DNA of 42,079 nt from a virus (taxonomy: Duplodnaviria > Caudoviricetes). Below, piece after piece: positions 26,069 to 35,693 of this stretch. The stretch lies in IMG/VR virus record IMGVR_UViG_3300004633_000006, positions 1 through 42,079 of that record; one strand, written 5' to 3'. Position 1 is the first letter of the stretch; every line of letters begins with the position of its first letter. The position numbers and the translations under genes were made by a program. Under the pieces are notes generated by a model, which did no database searches, was not told the origin of the DNA, and worked only from the letters and a program-made list of their open reading frames with translations.

Positions 26069-26790
26069 GCGGCTTTCCGCATACGTTTGCGACGTATCCC
26101 GGCGGGACGTTCCCGGCGGCCGACTGGGATACGAATTGGCTGTTTGTCGGAAAGCTTTCGAATATCTTCTGCACGGCGTCGGGAAGCAACAGTATCTCTC
26201 TGACCCCGACTGGAACCTCGCCGACCGTTACCGCCTATCAGAGCGGTATGAAATTCACCTTTATCGCCGCGTCGACCAGCTCCGGAGCGGTGTCGATCGC
26301 TGTAGCAAGCCTGCCGTCTCTACCGGCATTCGATCAGACCGGGGTGGCCATATCGGCCTCGAGTGCGATCACGTCGGGGACATATTATGAGGCTGTCTTC
26401 GATCAGACCTTGAACAGCGGAGGCGGCGGGTTTCGCGTACAGGGCGGGATCAGCCTTGGTGCAAGCTACACCATGGTCACGGCTGCGGGGAACTACACGG
26501 TGCAAAGCACCGACAGCACGATTCTCATGAACAAGACCGTGGGGGCGGCGACCAGCATCATTCTTCCGACCAGCTCTACGCGTGCAACTCCGGTCACGGT
26601 CAAGGATTACAAGTATGATGCCAACACCAACAACATCACATTCGTGCCGCAGACCGGCGAGACCATCGACGGGTTCAGCGCAGCCGCGGCGATCACCAAT
26701 GGCGTGGCGTTGATCGACATCAACGGCGGATTCAAAACGTTGGCACCGCTGACCTCGGGTGGGTGGTACGTGATAGGAATCGGAATATGA
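26065..26790 (+). CDS. tail fibre / virion protein, N-terminal paralogue of 24631..25800
   Basis: FPHTFA...CTASGSNSISLTP...DQTLNSGGGGF versus FPTTFA...CTATGTNAITLTP...NAALDSGNGGF. Confidence 0.75.
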   Translation: MSGFPHTFATYPGGTFPAADWDTNWLFVGKLSNIFCTASGSNSISLTPTGTSPTVTAYQSGMKFTFIAASTSSGAVSIAVASLPSLPAFDQTGVAISASSAITSGTYYEAVFDQTLNSGGGGFRVQGGISLGASYTMVTAAGNYTVQSTDSTILMNKTVGAATSIILPTSSTRATPVTVKDYKYDANTNNITFVPQTGETIDGFSAAAAITNGVALIDINGGFKTLAPLTSGGWYVIGIGI

Positions 26791-28598
26791 GAACATGGTT
26801 TTATGCTGTTGTTCTGGCGCTGTTCTGTGCGCCGGCTTTCGCGCAGACGATCGCTCCCGGTCATGTGATCGGAAACGGGACATCTGCTGCTCGGTCCGCA
26901 ACCGACTCCACGATGACGGGGATTTTCGATCAGGCGTTCTGTGCGACTAACACCAATTTCGTGTACCGATCTTCCGGCACCTGGCAGTGTGCAGCGACCC
27001 TGCCTTACAGCCAGATTACCGGGGTTCCATCGTTCGTCAACCAGACGTTCACGACGCCGGGGGCGGTGTCGACTCTTACTTTGACCAACACGCCTCTGCC
27101 GACAGACAAGAAGCAACTATCCATCTTTTTCGACGGGGTGGCGCAACATCCGAGCACATGGTCGATAAACCTGGGAAGCGGCGTCATCACCTTCAACACT
27201 ACGATCCCCGCTAACGTTCAGGAAGTTTTTGCCGCATGGTCTGCTCCGATATCGTCGGTCGGCGTGTCATCCATTGGGAATCTGACCGGGGCTGTGGCGG
27301 CCGGATTGGGCCTTACGGCAAAGTCCGGCGACAACAGCATCAATTCTCAGGGGGCAGTGACGATCAACGTCAAGCTGCCGCCCTATAACGCGGTGGATGA
27401 CTGCTCGACGAACAACACGACGGCATTTCAGAATGCAATCACCGATGCAGCGGCCTCTGGCGGGCCGGCGGTTATCTACATCCCGCCGGTCACGAGCGGC
27501 GGCGGTTGCTACAAGGTGGGGGCGATCAATGCCACCAAGAAAAGCAATCTCATTATTCGTGGAAATGGAGACGCAAGTCTTCTCGAGCCTGTGGCCTTCT
27601 CTACGACCAATCATATTTGGTGGGACATATCCGGATCGACCAATGTCACTTTTGAAAATTTCAAGGTACAGTATGACGGGGCAACGGTGCCTGCCATTCT
27701 GTTCCTGGTTGCAGCCGTAAATGGGTTCACCGGAGACGTGATAAGCGGGATTCGCTTCCGGCAAGTCAACATGGACGCTCAAGCGTCTACCGCTCTGGTC
27801 TATGTTTACGCCGTGTCATGGCCTACCGGGAGTCGACTTGGCGCCGGTGGTTTCCAGTGCTACGATTCGACATGGGTTCAAAGAAAAAACGGCTCGTTCA
27901 ATTCCAATCCCACCCTGCGAACGTCCGTGCTGTCTCTCAATGGGATCAATTCGGCGAGTATCGCTAGCGACTATCAAACGCTAACGGTGGCGGTTCCAGG
28001 CAACAATTCCATTCTACTTGAGAACTGCAATCTGGTCGATTCACCAGCAGGGTTTGGCTCGGGAGTGGTCGACAACAATGGGTCTTTGATTGCGGTGACG
28101 ACGGGGGTATTTGTTTCAAATGCCGGTTCTGTGCAATGTGTCTGCTCTATGGATTCGGTTTTCTACACCAACAACGAGGGGTTCACGTTCAACAACACGG
28201 CATTTGTTGCTCCGGATGGGTCGGTCACTGTGCAGTACTGGAATGTGTTCGGTGGCGGAGCGAACGGCGAATTCACCATGAATGGTGTGTTCTGGTCGGT
28301 GCCGACGGTCAACTTCATAGGATGGGACCCGGCTGTTGGCGGAGTGGGCGGGATTGCGCACTGGAACGTTATCTCGCCTGACGTCGGCGGAAATCCTGGC
28401 GCTTTGAATTTTGCGCAAACGACTTTTGCCTGCTCTGTTCCTGCCGCGACAACGTGGATCGCGACGTCGAAGCTAGAGCTGGCCGATGGCGCGAACAACA
28501 TACAGGCGTGCGGAAACATCGATTCGCACACGATCATTCAGAATCCAGGAACCGTGGCGCTACCCGGCGGCGCCGTAGACAACTCACATCACTTCTGA
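26787..28598 (+). CDS. tailspike-like beta-helix (pectate-lyase-fold) protein with a signal-peptide-like N-terminus
   Basis: INVK.PPYNA..D...NNTTAFQNAI..A...IYIP...Y...IIRGNG; starts MRTWFYAVVLALFCAPAFA-Q. Confidence 0.8.
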   Translation: MRTWFYAVVLALFCAPAFAQTIAPGHVIGNGTSAARSATDSTMTGIFDQAFCATNTNFVYRSSGTWQCAATLPYSQITGVPSFVNQTFTTPGAVSTLTLTNTPLPTDKKQLSIFFDGVAQHPSTWSINLGSGVITFNTTIPANVQEVFAAWSAPISSVGVSSIGNLTGAVAAGLGLTAKSGDNSINSQGAVTINVKLPPYNAVDDCSTNNTTAFQNAITDAAASGGPAVIYIPPVTSGGGCYKVGAINATKKSNLIIRGNGDASLLEPVAFSTTNHIWWDISGSTNVTFENFKVQYDGATVPAILFLVAAVNGFTGDVISGIRFRQVNMDAQASTALVYVYAVSWPTGSRLGAGGFQCYDSTWVQRKNGSFNSNPTLRTSVLSLNGINSASIASDYQTLTVAVPGNNSILLENCNLVDSPAGFGSGVVDNNGSLIAVTTGVFVSNAGSVQCVCSMDSVFYTNNEGFTFNNTAFVAPDGSVTVQYWNVFGGGANGEFTMNGVFWSVPTVNFIGWDPAVGGVGGIAHWNVISPDVGGNPGALNFAQTTFACSVPAATTWIATSKLELADGANNIQACGNIDSHTIIQNPGTVALPGGAVDNSHHF

Positions 28599-28608
28599 GG
28601 ACAAGAAC

Positions 28609-29784
28609 ATGAGAAAAGGACTTTTCACGATTGGCATGTTCCTGCTCCTGTTCGGGCTGACAATTCTTCTGGCCGCGCCCAACACGACGCAGCCCAATCC
28701 GAACATGATCAATGCTATCGGCGCAAACAAGTGGATCGGAAACTCTACCGGCAGCAGCGCGAGCCCACTTGAGAATGCATGGTCCTCGTGTCCTGACACC
28801 GGAGGAAATCATCTTAACTACACCAATGGCTCGGGGATCAGCTGCGGCACCTCGTCGAGCGGAGGAACTGCGCAGATTACTATTCCCGCACAGGGAAGGG
28901 TGACTCTCACGTCAGCCACTCCGGTTCTGACTTCGACCGTCAGCGGCGCCACGACCGTTTATTATACTCCGGCAGTCGGGAATCTGGTCCCGATCTACGA
29001 CGGGTCGAATTTCAATCTCACGGCCTTTGCCGAAGTGTCCCAGGCGACGACGGACTCCACAAAGTCGCCTGCCGCGGTGGCGGCCAGCTCGGTCTACGAT
29101 ATCTTTTGCTGGGTTGATTCTGGACCCACCAATCGGTGCACGCGGGGCCCGGCATGGACCAGTGACACGGCGAGATCGGCCGGCACGGCTCTGACTCGTG
29201 TCAACGGGATTCTACTCAACAACGCATCCATCACCAACGGTCCAGCGGCATCGCGCGGCACCTACGTGGGAACGATCCGAAGCAATGGGTCATCGCAGAT
29301 TGATTACATCATAGGAGCCGCCGCATCGGGAGGTACTGCCGGTTTCCTGGGGGTATGGAATACATACAATCGAGTGAGCGGTGTTGCTAACGTAACTGAT
29401 AACGGAGCTTCCTATACTTATACGAGCGCAACCATAAGACAGGCGCGAGCAAGTGCAGGAAATCAGGTGACTTATGTTGTTGGACTTGCCGAGGACGCCG
29501 TTGTGGCTCAAATTACTAATCGGTTTGACCTTGTTGCCGCAACTGCCGCAAGTGCTGCTGGTGGATTGGGATTTGATTCGACAAGCACGTTCACCCAATC
29601 AGTTCTAACCCTGGTTTACAATCCTACTTCCAATGTCGTTATTGGTATAACTGCGGGGGGACTATCATTTGCTCCCTCTCTCGGTGTTCATATTATTTCT
29701 AGGAACGAGAAATCAGATGGAGTCAATGCAAATACATTCGATGCCAACAATACGGATTCTCTCATCGTAACGGTGAGGAATTGA
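28609..29784 (+). CDS. fibre-like virion protein with hydrophobic N-terminus
   Basis: QGRVTLTSATPV...YYTP..GN..PIYDG, TYVGTIR, GVWNTYNRV; starts MRKGLFTIGMFLLLFGLTILLA. Confidence 0.7.
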   Translation: MRKGLFTIGMFLLLFGLTILLAAPNTTQPNPNMINAIGANKWIGNSTGSSASPLENAWSSCPDTGGNHLNYTNGSGISCGTSSSGGTAQITIPAQGRVTLTSATPVLTSTVSGATTVYYTPAVGNLVPIYDGSNFNLTAFAEVSQATTDSTKSPAAVAASSVYDIFCWVDSGPTNRCTRGPAWTSDTARSAGTALTRVNGILLNNASITNGPAASRGTYVGTIRSNGSSQIDYIIGAAASGGTAGFLGVWNTYNRVSGVANVTDNGASYTYTSATIRQARASAGNQVTYVVGLAEDAVVAQITNRFDLVAATAASAAGGLGFDSTSTFTQSVLTLVYNPTSNVVIGITAGGLSFAPSLGVHIISRNEKSDGVNANTFDANNTDSLIVTVRN

Positions 29785-29786
29785 CC

Positions 29787-30098
29787 ATGCCTCTGGCCAA
29801 CATCTCATCCGAGCCGGACAAGCTGCACCAGGCAGCCTATGACTTTGCCCACTGGCAGGATCATCTCGAGATCATCAATGCCGCAAAGAGGGTTCTCAAC
29901 ATCAGCCTCAACATTACAGCGATCTTTCCCGTCATCAAGAAGGACGCTTCATGGAAGCGACGTCACCAGTCATTGCACGACGACATGAATTCAGCTCTCG
30001 GAACAAGCGGTGCGGACCTCACTGGAAATATGGACAAATCGTGGTACGATCAGAACTATCGGGAGCATTCGGCGGCTCGGTCGGTTTTGGGGATCTAG
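29787..30098 (+). CDS. hypothetical His-patterned protein
   Basis: GAGGA RBS; HxxxH repeats. Confidence 0.65.
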   Translation: MPLANISSEPDKLHQAAYDFAHWQDHLEIINAAKRVLNISLNITAIFPVIKKDASWKRRHQSLHDDMNSALGTSGADLTGNMDKSWYDQNYREHSAARSVLGI

Positions 30099-30101
30099 GC
30101 C

Positions 30102-30785
30102 ATGGCAACGGCGATTGACAGCTCGGGAGCCCCTACCGGATTTGCGGGGTTGCTATCGCAAAACCCCAATCTTCTGTCGGGGGCGGCCGGATTGGCGGGC
30201 ATCGGAATTTCCAGCCTTCTGTCGAATGAACGTGGTCTTCCGTTCCAGGGATCTCTGACGTCGGCGGCCGGCGGGATCACGGCGGAGGCCGGCAATGTCG
30301 TAGGAGAGGCACAGGTCGCACACGAGCGGCAAGGTCAATTGTTCGGGACCGGTACCGATCTTCTCTCGAGCATTCAATCCGGCCAGCTCCCGCCGGGGGC
30401 GGAACAGTCGGTACAAAATCAGATCAACCAATCCATCCAGACCGTCAAGGCGCGCTATGCGGCCCTGGGCCAGACCGGATCGACGATGGAGGCGGACGCG
30501 ATCGCCAACATCCAGAACCAGGCGACGGCGCTTCGCTTCAGCATCGCTCAGCAGATGGCACAGCTCGGCGAGCAGACCATCGGTCAGTCGTTGCAGGCGC
30601 TTGGGATTTCTCAGCAAGGATACACGTCAGCAGGTAACTTGTTTGGAGAGCAGGCCAAGGTGTTCAGCGACTTGATGGCTGCGCAGATGAAGCAGGATTC
30701 GTCGACTCAGGACACCATCGGCAAGTTTGCCTCGGCGATCGGTGGGGCATTTGCCAAGGCGGCACCAGGAATAGCGGCATTGTGA
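30102..30785 (+). CDS. DNA ejection / internal virion protein
   Basis: Gly/Ala/Gln-rich helical; GQTGST; first of three coupled genes after the fibres. Confidence 0.65.
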   Translation: MATAIDSSGAPTGFAGLLSQNPNLLSGAAGLAGIGISSLLSNERGLPFQGSLTSAAGGITAEAGNVVGEAQVAHERQGQLFGTGTDLLSSIQSGQLPPGAEQSVQNQINQSIQTVKARYAALGQTGSTMEADAIANIQNQATALRFSIAQQMAQLGEQTIGQSLQALGISQQGYTSAGNLFGEQAKVFSDLMAAQMKQDSSTQDTIGKFASAIGGAFAKAAPGIAAL

Positions 30786-30786
30786 C

Positions 30787-32175
30787 ATGGCAGACGCAAG
30801 CGACTACACGACTCCGGCGACTTTTGACGAGCGTTTTTCGACACCGCCGCCCTCACCTTCGGCCGACTCCGGTTCGCCGTCATCCGCGCCATTGTCCCCG
30901 CCCACGGGAATCTCGCAGTCCGAGATCGATTCCCTGCTCAAGCAGAGGACGGAAGCGACTGATACCGCAATCGGCACCATCAAGGATCTCGGCAAGCTGC
31001 GGTCGGAGCTCCTGACCACTCCTACTCCGCATCCGGCGCACGCCAAGCTTCAGGACATCCCCAAGGCACCTCAGGACAATTACCGGGACGTGTTCAAGGA
31101 ATCGTCCCCCGGTCTCGTGTTCGCAACGCTGATGGGTTCGCTGATGTCGCGCCGGCACGGCATGGGCGCCATGGCGGCGGCCACCGGCTACATCGAGGGA
31201 TTCCAGAAGGGCGACAAGGAGGTGATCGAGCGCAACCGGCAGAAATGGAGCGATAGCGTCGACCAGGTCATCAAGCAGAATGCGGTCGAGAAAGATCGCT
31301 ATGACATGGTGTGGAACGACACCAAGTTGTCGATGCAGGACAAGCAGGCCAAGCTTCAGGCGATCGCCGCCTCGATCGGCGACCAGCAGACCATCACCGC
31401 CCTGCAAACCGGCAACATCGACTTCGCCAAAGAGCTGATCCACCAGCGTGACCAAGCGGCGCAGAAGCTTTTCGAAACCAAGGTGAAATATGGCTCGGAA
31501 GGCGGGCTGAGCGATCAGGACGTTGACTTCGCCGCGCGGCAGGCTTTGGCCAAGGGCGGCGTGCTGCCGCCGTCGATGTTCCGCGGAATGCAGGGACCGC
31601 AGGATCGGCGCCGCGTCATGGCGCGGATGCGGGAAGTGGCTGAAGAACAGGGAATCAAGCCGGAACAGCTCGCCCAGATCGAGCAGAAATTCAGGGCGGA
31701 CACGGCCGGCCTGACCTCTGAGGCCAGAACGGCGGGAACTGCCGCGGCCAATATCGAGCTCATCATCCGCAACGCCCATGCGGCCATCCCGCAGGCTCTG
31801 GCCATGTCGGACAAGCTCGACCGAACCCGGTTCGTGCCGCTGAACAAGCTGTTGCAGGCGAGCGAGGCATCGGTCAGCGACCCGGATCTGAAGGAATTCC
31901 GCCTTGCAAACCTGCAATTGGCCGAACTGTGGGCTCGAGCCATGAACCCGCGCGGAGTGATGCGCGAATCAGACCGCAGTCTGGCGCTCGACATGCTGAG
32001 CACGGCGGACAGCAAGGAGACCTACAAACGGGTCATCGGGCAGCTCAAGGCGTTCTTGGAGCGGGAACAGGAGTCAGTTCGCGGATTCAGGGAAGGCAAG
32101 CCCATGGGCGGTGGCGCCAATGACGCCGCGTCCATGAGCGATGAAGACCTCAAGAAGAAGCTCGGGATCAAGTGA
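30787..32175 (+). CDS. DNA ejection / internal virion protein
   Basis: Helical, 462 aa; GVMRESDR; ends MSDEDLKKKLG. Confidence 0.65.
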   Translation: MADASDYTTPATFDERFSTPPPSPSADSGSPSSAPLSPPTGISQSEIDSLLKQRTEATDTAIGTIKDLGKLRSELLTTPTPHPAHAKLQDIPKAPQDNYRDVFKESSPGLVFATLMGSLMSRRHGMGAMAAATGYIEGFQKGDKEVIERNRQKWSDSVDQVIKQNAVEKDRYDMVWNDTKLSMQDKQAKLQAIAASIGDQQTITALQTGNIDFAKELIHQRDQAAQKLFETKVKYGSEGGLSDQDVDFAARQALAKGGVLPPSMFRGMQGPQDRRRVMARMREVAEEQGIKPEQLAQIEQKFRADTAGLTSEARTAGTAAANIELIIRNAHAAIPQALAMSDKLDRTRFVPLNKLLQASEASVSDPDLKEFRLANLQLAELWARAMNPRGVMRESDRSLALDMLSTADSKETYKRVIGQLKAFLEREQESVRGFREGKPMGGGANDAASMSDEDLKKKLGIK

Positions 32176-34157
32176 TGGCCGACGATCGCCAGCAACTTCT
32201 CTCAGAGGCTTACCGGCGCGGTATCCTGCCGCCTGACATGAAATCTGCCTACGAGGAAGCCCAGAAGCGCAACATCGTCCAGGGGAGCGAACCGTCGTTC
32301 GGCGAGGAATTTCTGCACGGGATGGCGGATCCTGTCCTGGGCGTCGCCCAGATGGTTTCACGTGGAACGGGTCTCGGGGCTTCCGCCGCGGCACCCCGGC
32401 CGGGCCCGTCCGCGCCGGCCGAAGGCGTCAAGACCGAGCAGAAGGTGAGGCCGGCCGAGCCCGAGGGGATGACCGCCGGCCGTTTTCTGGGGAATCTCGT
32501 GACCGGGGCGGGGGTGGGCGGCGCCGCGGCGTCGTTCGTGCCGCGAATCATCACCCCCATGACCCGTGCCGTGATTGCCGGCGGCATTGGAGGCGTATCC
32601 CAGCCGGTAGACCCCGTGAAAGAAGAGTCATTCTGGCGTGAAAAAAGCCGCCAACTCACGGAGGGCGCGGTCCTCGGCTATGGCCTGAGCGTGGCCGGAA
32701 AGGGCGCGTCGCTCGGGCTCGAGAAGCTCGGGGACTTCCTAGTGCGGAAGTATCCTGAGAACATAATGACGCAAGCCGTTGGAACTGTTCTGAAAAGGAT
32801 CGATCAGGACAGTAAGTACGGCGCCCCGACCGCCCAGCAAATGCTCGATCTGGTCGACGCGGCCAATCAGGGCGGCAAACCCATGGCGATCGCGGACTTT
32901 GCTGGCAAGAACCTGCGGTCGCTCGGGGGGCACGTTGCGCGGGCACCGGGCGAATCACGTCAGATGGCCGAATCGTTCCTCACCAAGCGGGACGAAGCGG
33001 CGGCAGAGCGCCTGCACGCCGATGTTGATCGGTACGTGTCCAGCGGCGCTACCATGTTCGAGACCACCGAGGCGCTTCTGAGCGCCCGCAGTGCTGCGTC
33101 TAAGCCGCTTTATGCCGACACTGACAAGCTCCAAGGGGTGTGGTCGCCCCGTCTTCAGCAGTTCCTTGAGAACCCCGATGTCGCCCGCGGCATGGCGCGC
33201 GGCTACCATATCGAACGGCTCAACTCGCTCGCGGAGGGGAGGAAATTCGATCCGACCATGATGGGGGTGGACCTCGATGCCGAGGGCAACATCAAGCTTC
33301 TCCGAACCCCGAATATGCGGGTTCTCGACATGGCCAAGCAGGGACTTGACGCCATGGTGGCGGAGGAACGCAACGAGCTGACCGGACGTCTGTCCAGCCT
33401 GGGGGTGGCGCTCGACCGGGTTCGGCGGGCCTACGTGACCGAACTGGACGGCCTCGACACGTCCGGGGTGTACCGGAAGGCCCGGGAGGCATGGAGTGGC
33501 CCTTCGGCGAGCCTGGATGCCATGCGGGCGGGCCGGCAGGCATTCGGTCAGTCTCCGGAGGCGAATCAGGCGTTGGTCAATGACCTTTCGGCCAACGATC
33601 AGGAATTCGCCCGCGTTGGATTGGCGGACATGCTGCGCGAGCGGCTCGGCAAGGCGGGGTTTAATTCGGACGAATCACGCGCCCTGATTCGCAATCCGTG
33701 GATGCGCGATCAAATGCGTCCATTCTTCAAGTCTGACAAGGACTTCAACAGCTTTGTTGATTCTGTTTCTAGCGAAAACATCATGGCCAAGACCAAGAAC
33801 GATTTGCTCAAGGGGTCGCAGACGGCGGAGCGGCTCGCCGAAGATGAGAGTGAGAAGGCCAGCACCATGGCCAGTGGAGCCCGGATCGCCCGCAGCTTGG
33901 TGGAGGCCCGATTCTTCACGGCAATTGGCGAAATGTGGCGGCTGCACCGGGATGTGTCGCGGCGGCCGGACCCGCAGCTCAACGAGGCGATCGCCAAGCT
34001 GATGTTCGCCCCGGATATTGCGCAGACCGACCTCGGGCGGCGCCTGCTCACCTCGCCGCCTCTGCCGGTCGGCAACTACCTCGCTGGGCCGGCCGCTGCG
34101 GGGCAGGATATCGTAGCACCGGCGGTGGCGGCGGGCAGCGGAGAGGCGGTCAGGTGA
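32175..34157 (+). CDS. DNA ejection / internal virion protein (large)
   Basis: LLSEAYRRGILPPD start, Gly/Ala hydrophobic segments, LDMAKQGLD, YRKAREAW. Confidence 0.7.
   Translation: MADDRQQLLSEAYRRGILPPDMKSAYEEAQKRNIVQGSEPSFGEEFLHGMADPVLGVAQMVSRGTGLGASAAAPRPGPSAPAEGVKTEQKVRPAEPEGMTAGRFLGNLVTGAGVGGAAASFVPRIITPMTRAVIAGGIGGVSQPVDPVKEESFWREKSRQLTEGAVLGYGLSVAGKGASLGLEKLGDFLVRKYPENIMTQAVGTVLKRIDQDSKYGAPTAQQMLDLVDAANQGGKPMAIADFAGKNLRSLGGHVARAPGESRQMAESFLTKRDEAAAERLHADVDRYVSSGATMFETTEALLSARSAASKPLYADTDKLQGVWSPRLQQFLENPDVARGMARGYHIERLNSLAEGRKFDPTMMGVDLDAEGNIKLLRTPNMRVLDMAKQGLDAMVAEERNELTGRLSSLGVALDRVRRAYVTELDGLDTSGVYRKAREAWSGPSASLDAMRAGRQAFGQSPEANQALVNDLSANDQEFARVGLADMLRERLGKAGFNSDESRALIRNPWMRDQMRPFFKSDKDFNSFVDSVSSENIMAKTKNDLLKGSQTAERLAEDESEKASTMASGARIARSLVEARFFTAIGEMWRLHRDVSRRPDPQLNEAIAKLMFAPDIAQTDLGRRLLTSPPLPVGNYLAGPAAAGQDIVAPAVAAGSGEAVR
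32354..32369. other. parS-like ParB-binding palindrome inside a coding region
   Basis: gGTTTCACGTGGAACg; the inner 14 nt match the universal parS type TGTTTCACGTG(A/G)AACA. Confidence 0.65.
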
Positions 34158-34585
34158 TGGCGGCTAAGAACGCGAAAACCTCCAAGCGAGACGAGTTTGT
34201 TTCCGATATGGACAGCTTCGCCAAGGAATTGATGTCCTTAGCGAAGGGTGTTAACGAGGGCGTTGAAGTATCGCTGCAAATGCGGCTAGAGGTGTTCCGT
34301 CAACTGGCGTCATGGGTGGCGATCAAGAATCGACTGAGCGATGATCCCGATGGAGGCGCGCTTGACGAGCTCCGCAACCGGCTCCGATCGACCAAGGGTC
34401 CGCCTGGTGGCGGAGCGGCCCGTAATCCCCACCCCGGCGGCAACCCTTTCAATTCGTCCTGGAACAGGTTCGGAAAGCACTACCCCGACGGAAACGGAGG
34501 ACCAGCCCTCGACGCCATCAAGCGAACACTACCACGACCAGATGCTGGCGACGTTGTCGACGCTGGCGATGATCTTGAGTGCTAG
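34157..34585 (+). CDS. hypothetical helical protein (terminase small subunit candidate)
   Basis: TGATG coupling; short helical hairpin plus basic disordered tail. Confidence 0.55.
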   Translation: MAAKNAKTSKRDEFVSDMDSFAKELMSLAKGVNEGVEVSLQMRLEVFRQLASWVAIKNRLSDDPDGGALDELRNRLRSTKGPPGGGAARNPHPGGNPFNSSWNRFGKHYPDGNGGPALDAIKRTLPRPDAGDVVDAGDDLEC

Positions 34586-34733
34586 GTCGCTGTCCCTGCT
34601 GTCGGTGGTCGGGGCGTTTGTTCTGGCGTTGATCGCGGTCATCGATCCGACGATTCTCAAGCTGGCGGTGTCGGGGGTGTTCGATCTCGCCGTGCTCATT
34701 CCGACCGTCGCCCTGTATTTCAAGCGCGGGTGA
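34341..34733 (+). CDS. membrane protein with 2-3 TM segments (start uncertain)
   Basis: Hydrophobic C-terminal 60 aa ending YFKRG; overlaps the preceding gene. Confidence 0.6.
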   Translation: MIPMEARLTSSATGSDRPRVRLVAERPVIPTPAATLSIRPGTGSESTTPTETEDQPSTPSSEHYHDQMLATLSTLAMILSARSLSLLSVVGAFVLALIAVIDPTILKLAVSGVFDLAVLIPTVALYFKRG

Positions 34734-34737
34734 TTTG

Positions 34738-35013
34738 ATGTCGCTCACCGCGCCAAACGCAGCACCATGGAGGCCTAACATGCCCTGGGGACCATCTGAC
34801 AGCATTCAGGACGCGGTAGCGTTGACGGCGGGCGCCGCCACTATCCGCACCACCCGGTCGGTGTTCGTCGGCGGGTCGGGGAGCCCGGTGTTCACCATGG
34901 CGAGCGGCAATTCTGTGACGTTCTCCAACGTTCCCAACGGGACATGGCTGCCGATCCAGATCACGGCGTTCACTGCGGCCGGCGGAACAACGGGGGTCTT
35001 GGCCCTGTACTGA
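34738..35013 (+). CDS. capsid spike-base protein (RcGTA Rcc01079-like)
   Basis: TRSVFVGGSG....MASG.SVTFSNVP.GT.LPI....GVLALY. Confidence 0.7.
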   Translation: MSLTAPNAAPWRPNMPWGPSDSIQDAVALTAGAATIRTTRSVFVGGSGSPVFTMASGNSVTFSNVPNGTWLPIQITAFTAAGGTTGVLALY

Positions 35014-35177
35014 TGAGAGAAAAGCCTTTCCTGATCTTGTGGTGGTTGACGCTATTCATTGCGTTCCTGTTCTCGTTTTCCCTGCCCTGGTTCCTGTGGA
35101 TTCCGTGCCAGATCCTCATCTTTGCGGCATGGATGATTTTCGGGGCTGGCTACATCGGGAACTACATCCGGCCATGA
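35013..35177 (+). CDS. small 2-TM membrane protein
   Basis: Coupled start and stop; very hydrophobic. Confidence 0.65.
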   Translation: MREKPFLILWWLTLFIAFLFSFSLPWFLWIPCQILIFAAWMIFGAGYIGNYIRP

Positions 35178-35404
35178 ATCCAGGAGCAGGCGAGGAAACC
35201 GCAAAGGCGGTCGGTTCGTTCTTCGAATCGATGAAATCGCAGCCGGTGGTTCTGGCGCTCATCGTCGTGATATTCGGACTCATGTCCCTGCTGGGATACA
35301 TCGCGCACATTCGCGCCGTGGCCAATGCGGATGAACGAGCCCAAGCTGAGCGCGAGCGTGCGCAATTCATATCGGCCGTCGAAGCTCTAGCGAAATGCAA
35401 ATAG
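35174..35404 (+). CDS. single-TM protein with coiled tail
   Basis: ATGA coupling; QPVVLALIVVIFGLM. Confidence 0.65.
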   Translation: MNPGAGEETAKAVGSFFESMKSQPVVLALIVVIFGLMSLLGYIAHIRAVANADERAQAERERAQFISAVEALAKCK

Positions 35405-35414
35405 GGAGAAGCAG

Positions 35415-35693
35415 ATGATTCCCGACACTCGAGCGATCATCGTCTACTGGATGATGATTTCCTCCTTCGCCATTCTCGTCCTGTTCTGGTGGCGCCCGCC
35501 CGATCCAACCAACCAACTCTTGAACACCCTGATCGGCATCTATGTGAGCACCGGGTTCATCACCGCACTCCAATGGTGGATGGGTTCATCGAAGGGTTCA
35601 GAGGACAAGAACGCACCGCTAATCGCCGCCGCCACGAAGAACGGAGATACGCCAGCGCCGCCTCCCACATCTCCGAAGGAGCCTACGCCATGA
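35415..35693 (+). CDS. holin (putative)
   Basis: Two TM segments followed by WWMGSSKGSEDK, a common holin-type ending; GGGAG RBS. Confidence 0.65.
   Translation: MIPDTRAIIVYWMMISSFAILVLFWWRPPDPTNQLLNTLIGIYVSTGFITALQWWMGSSKGSEDKNAPLIAAATKNGDTPAPPPTSPKEPTP

Noticed and set aside
12123-35088. KOPS (GGGNAGGG) polarity toward the dif site
   Set aside because: Only a few copies noticed by eye, within chance for this GC content; needs a proper count
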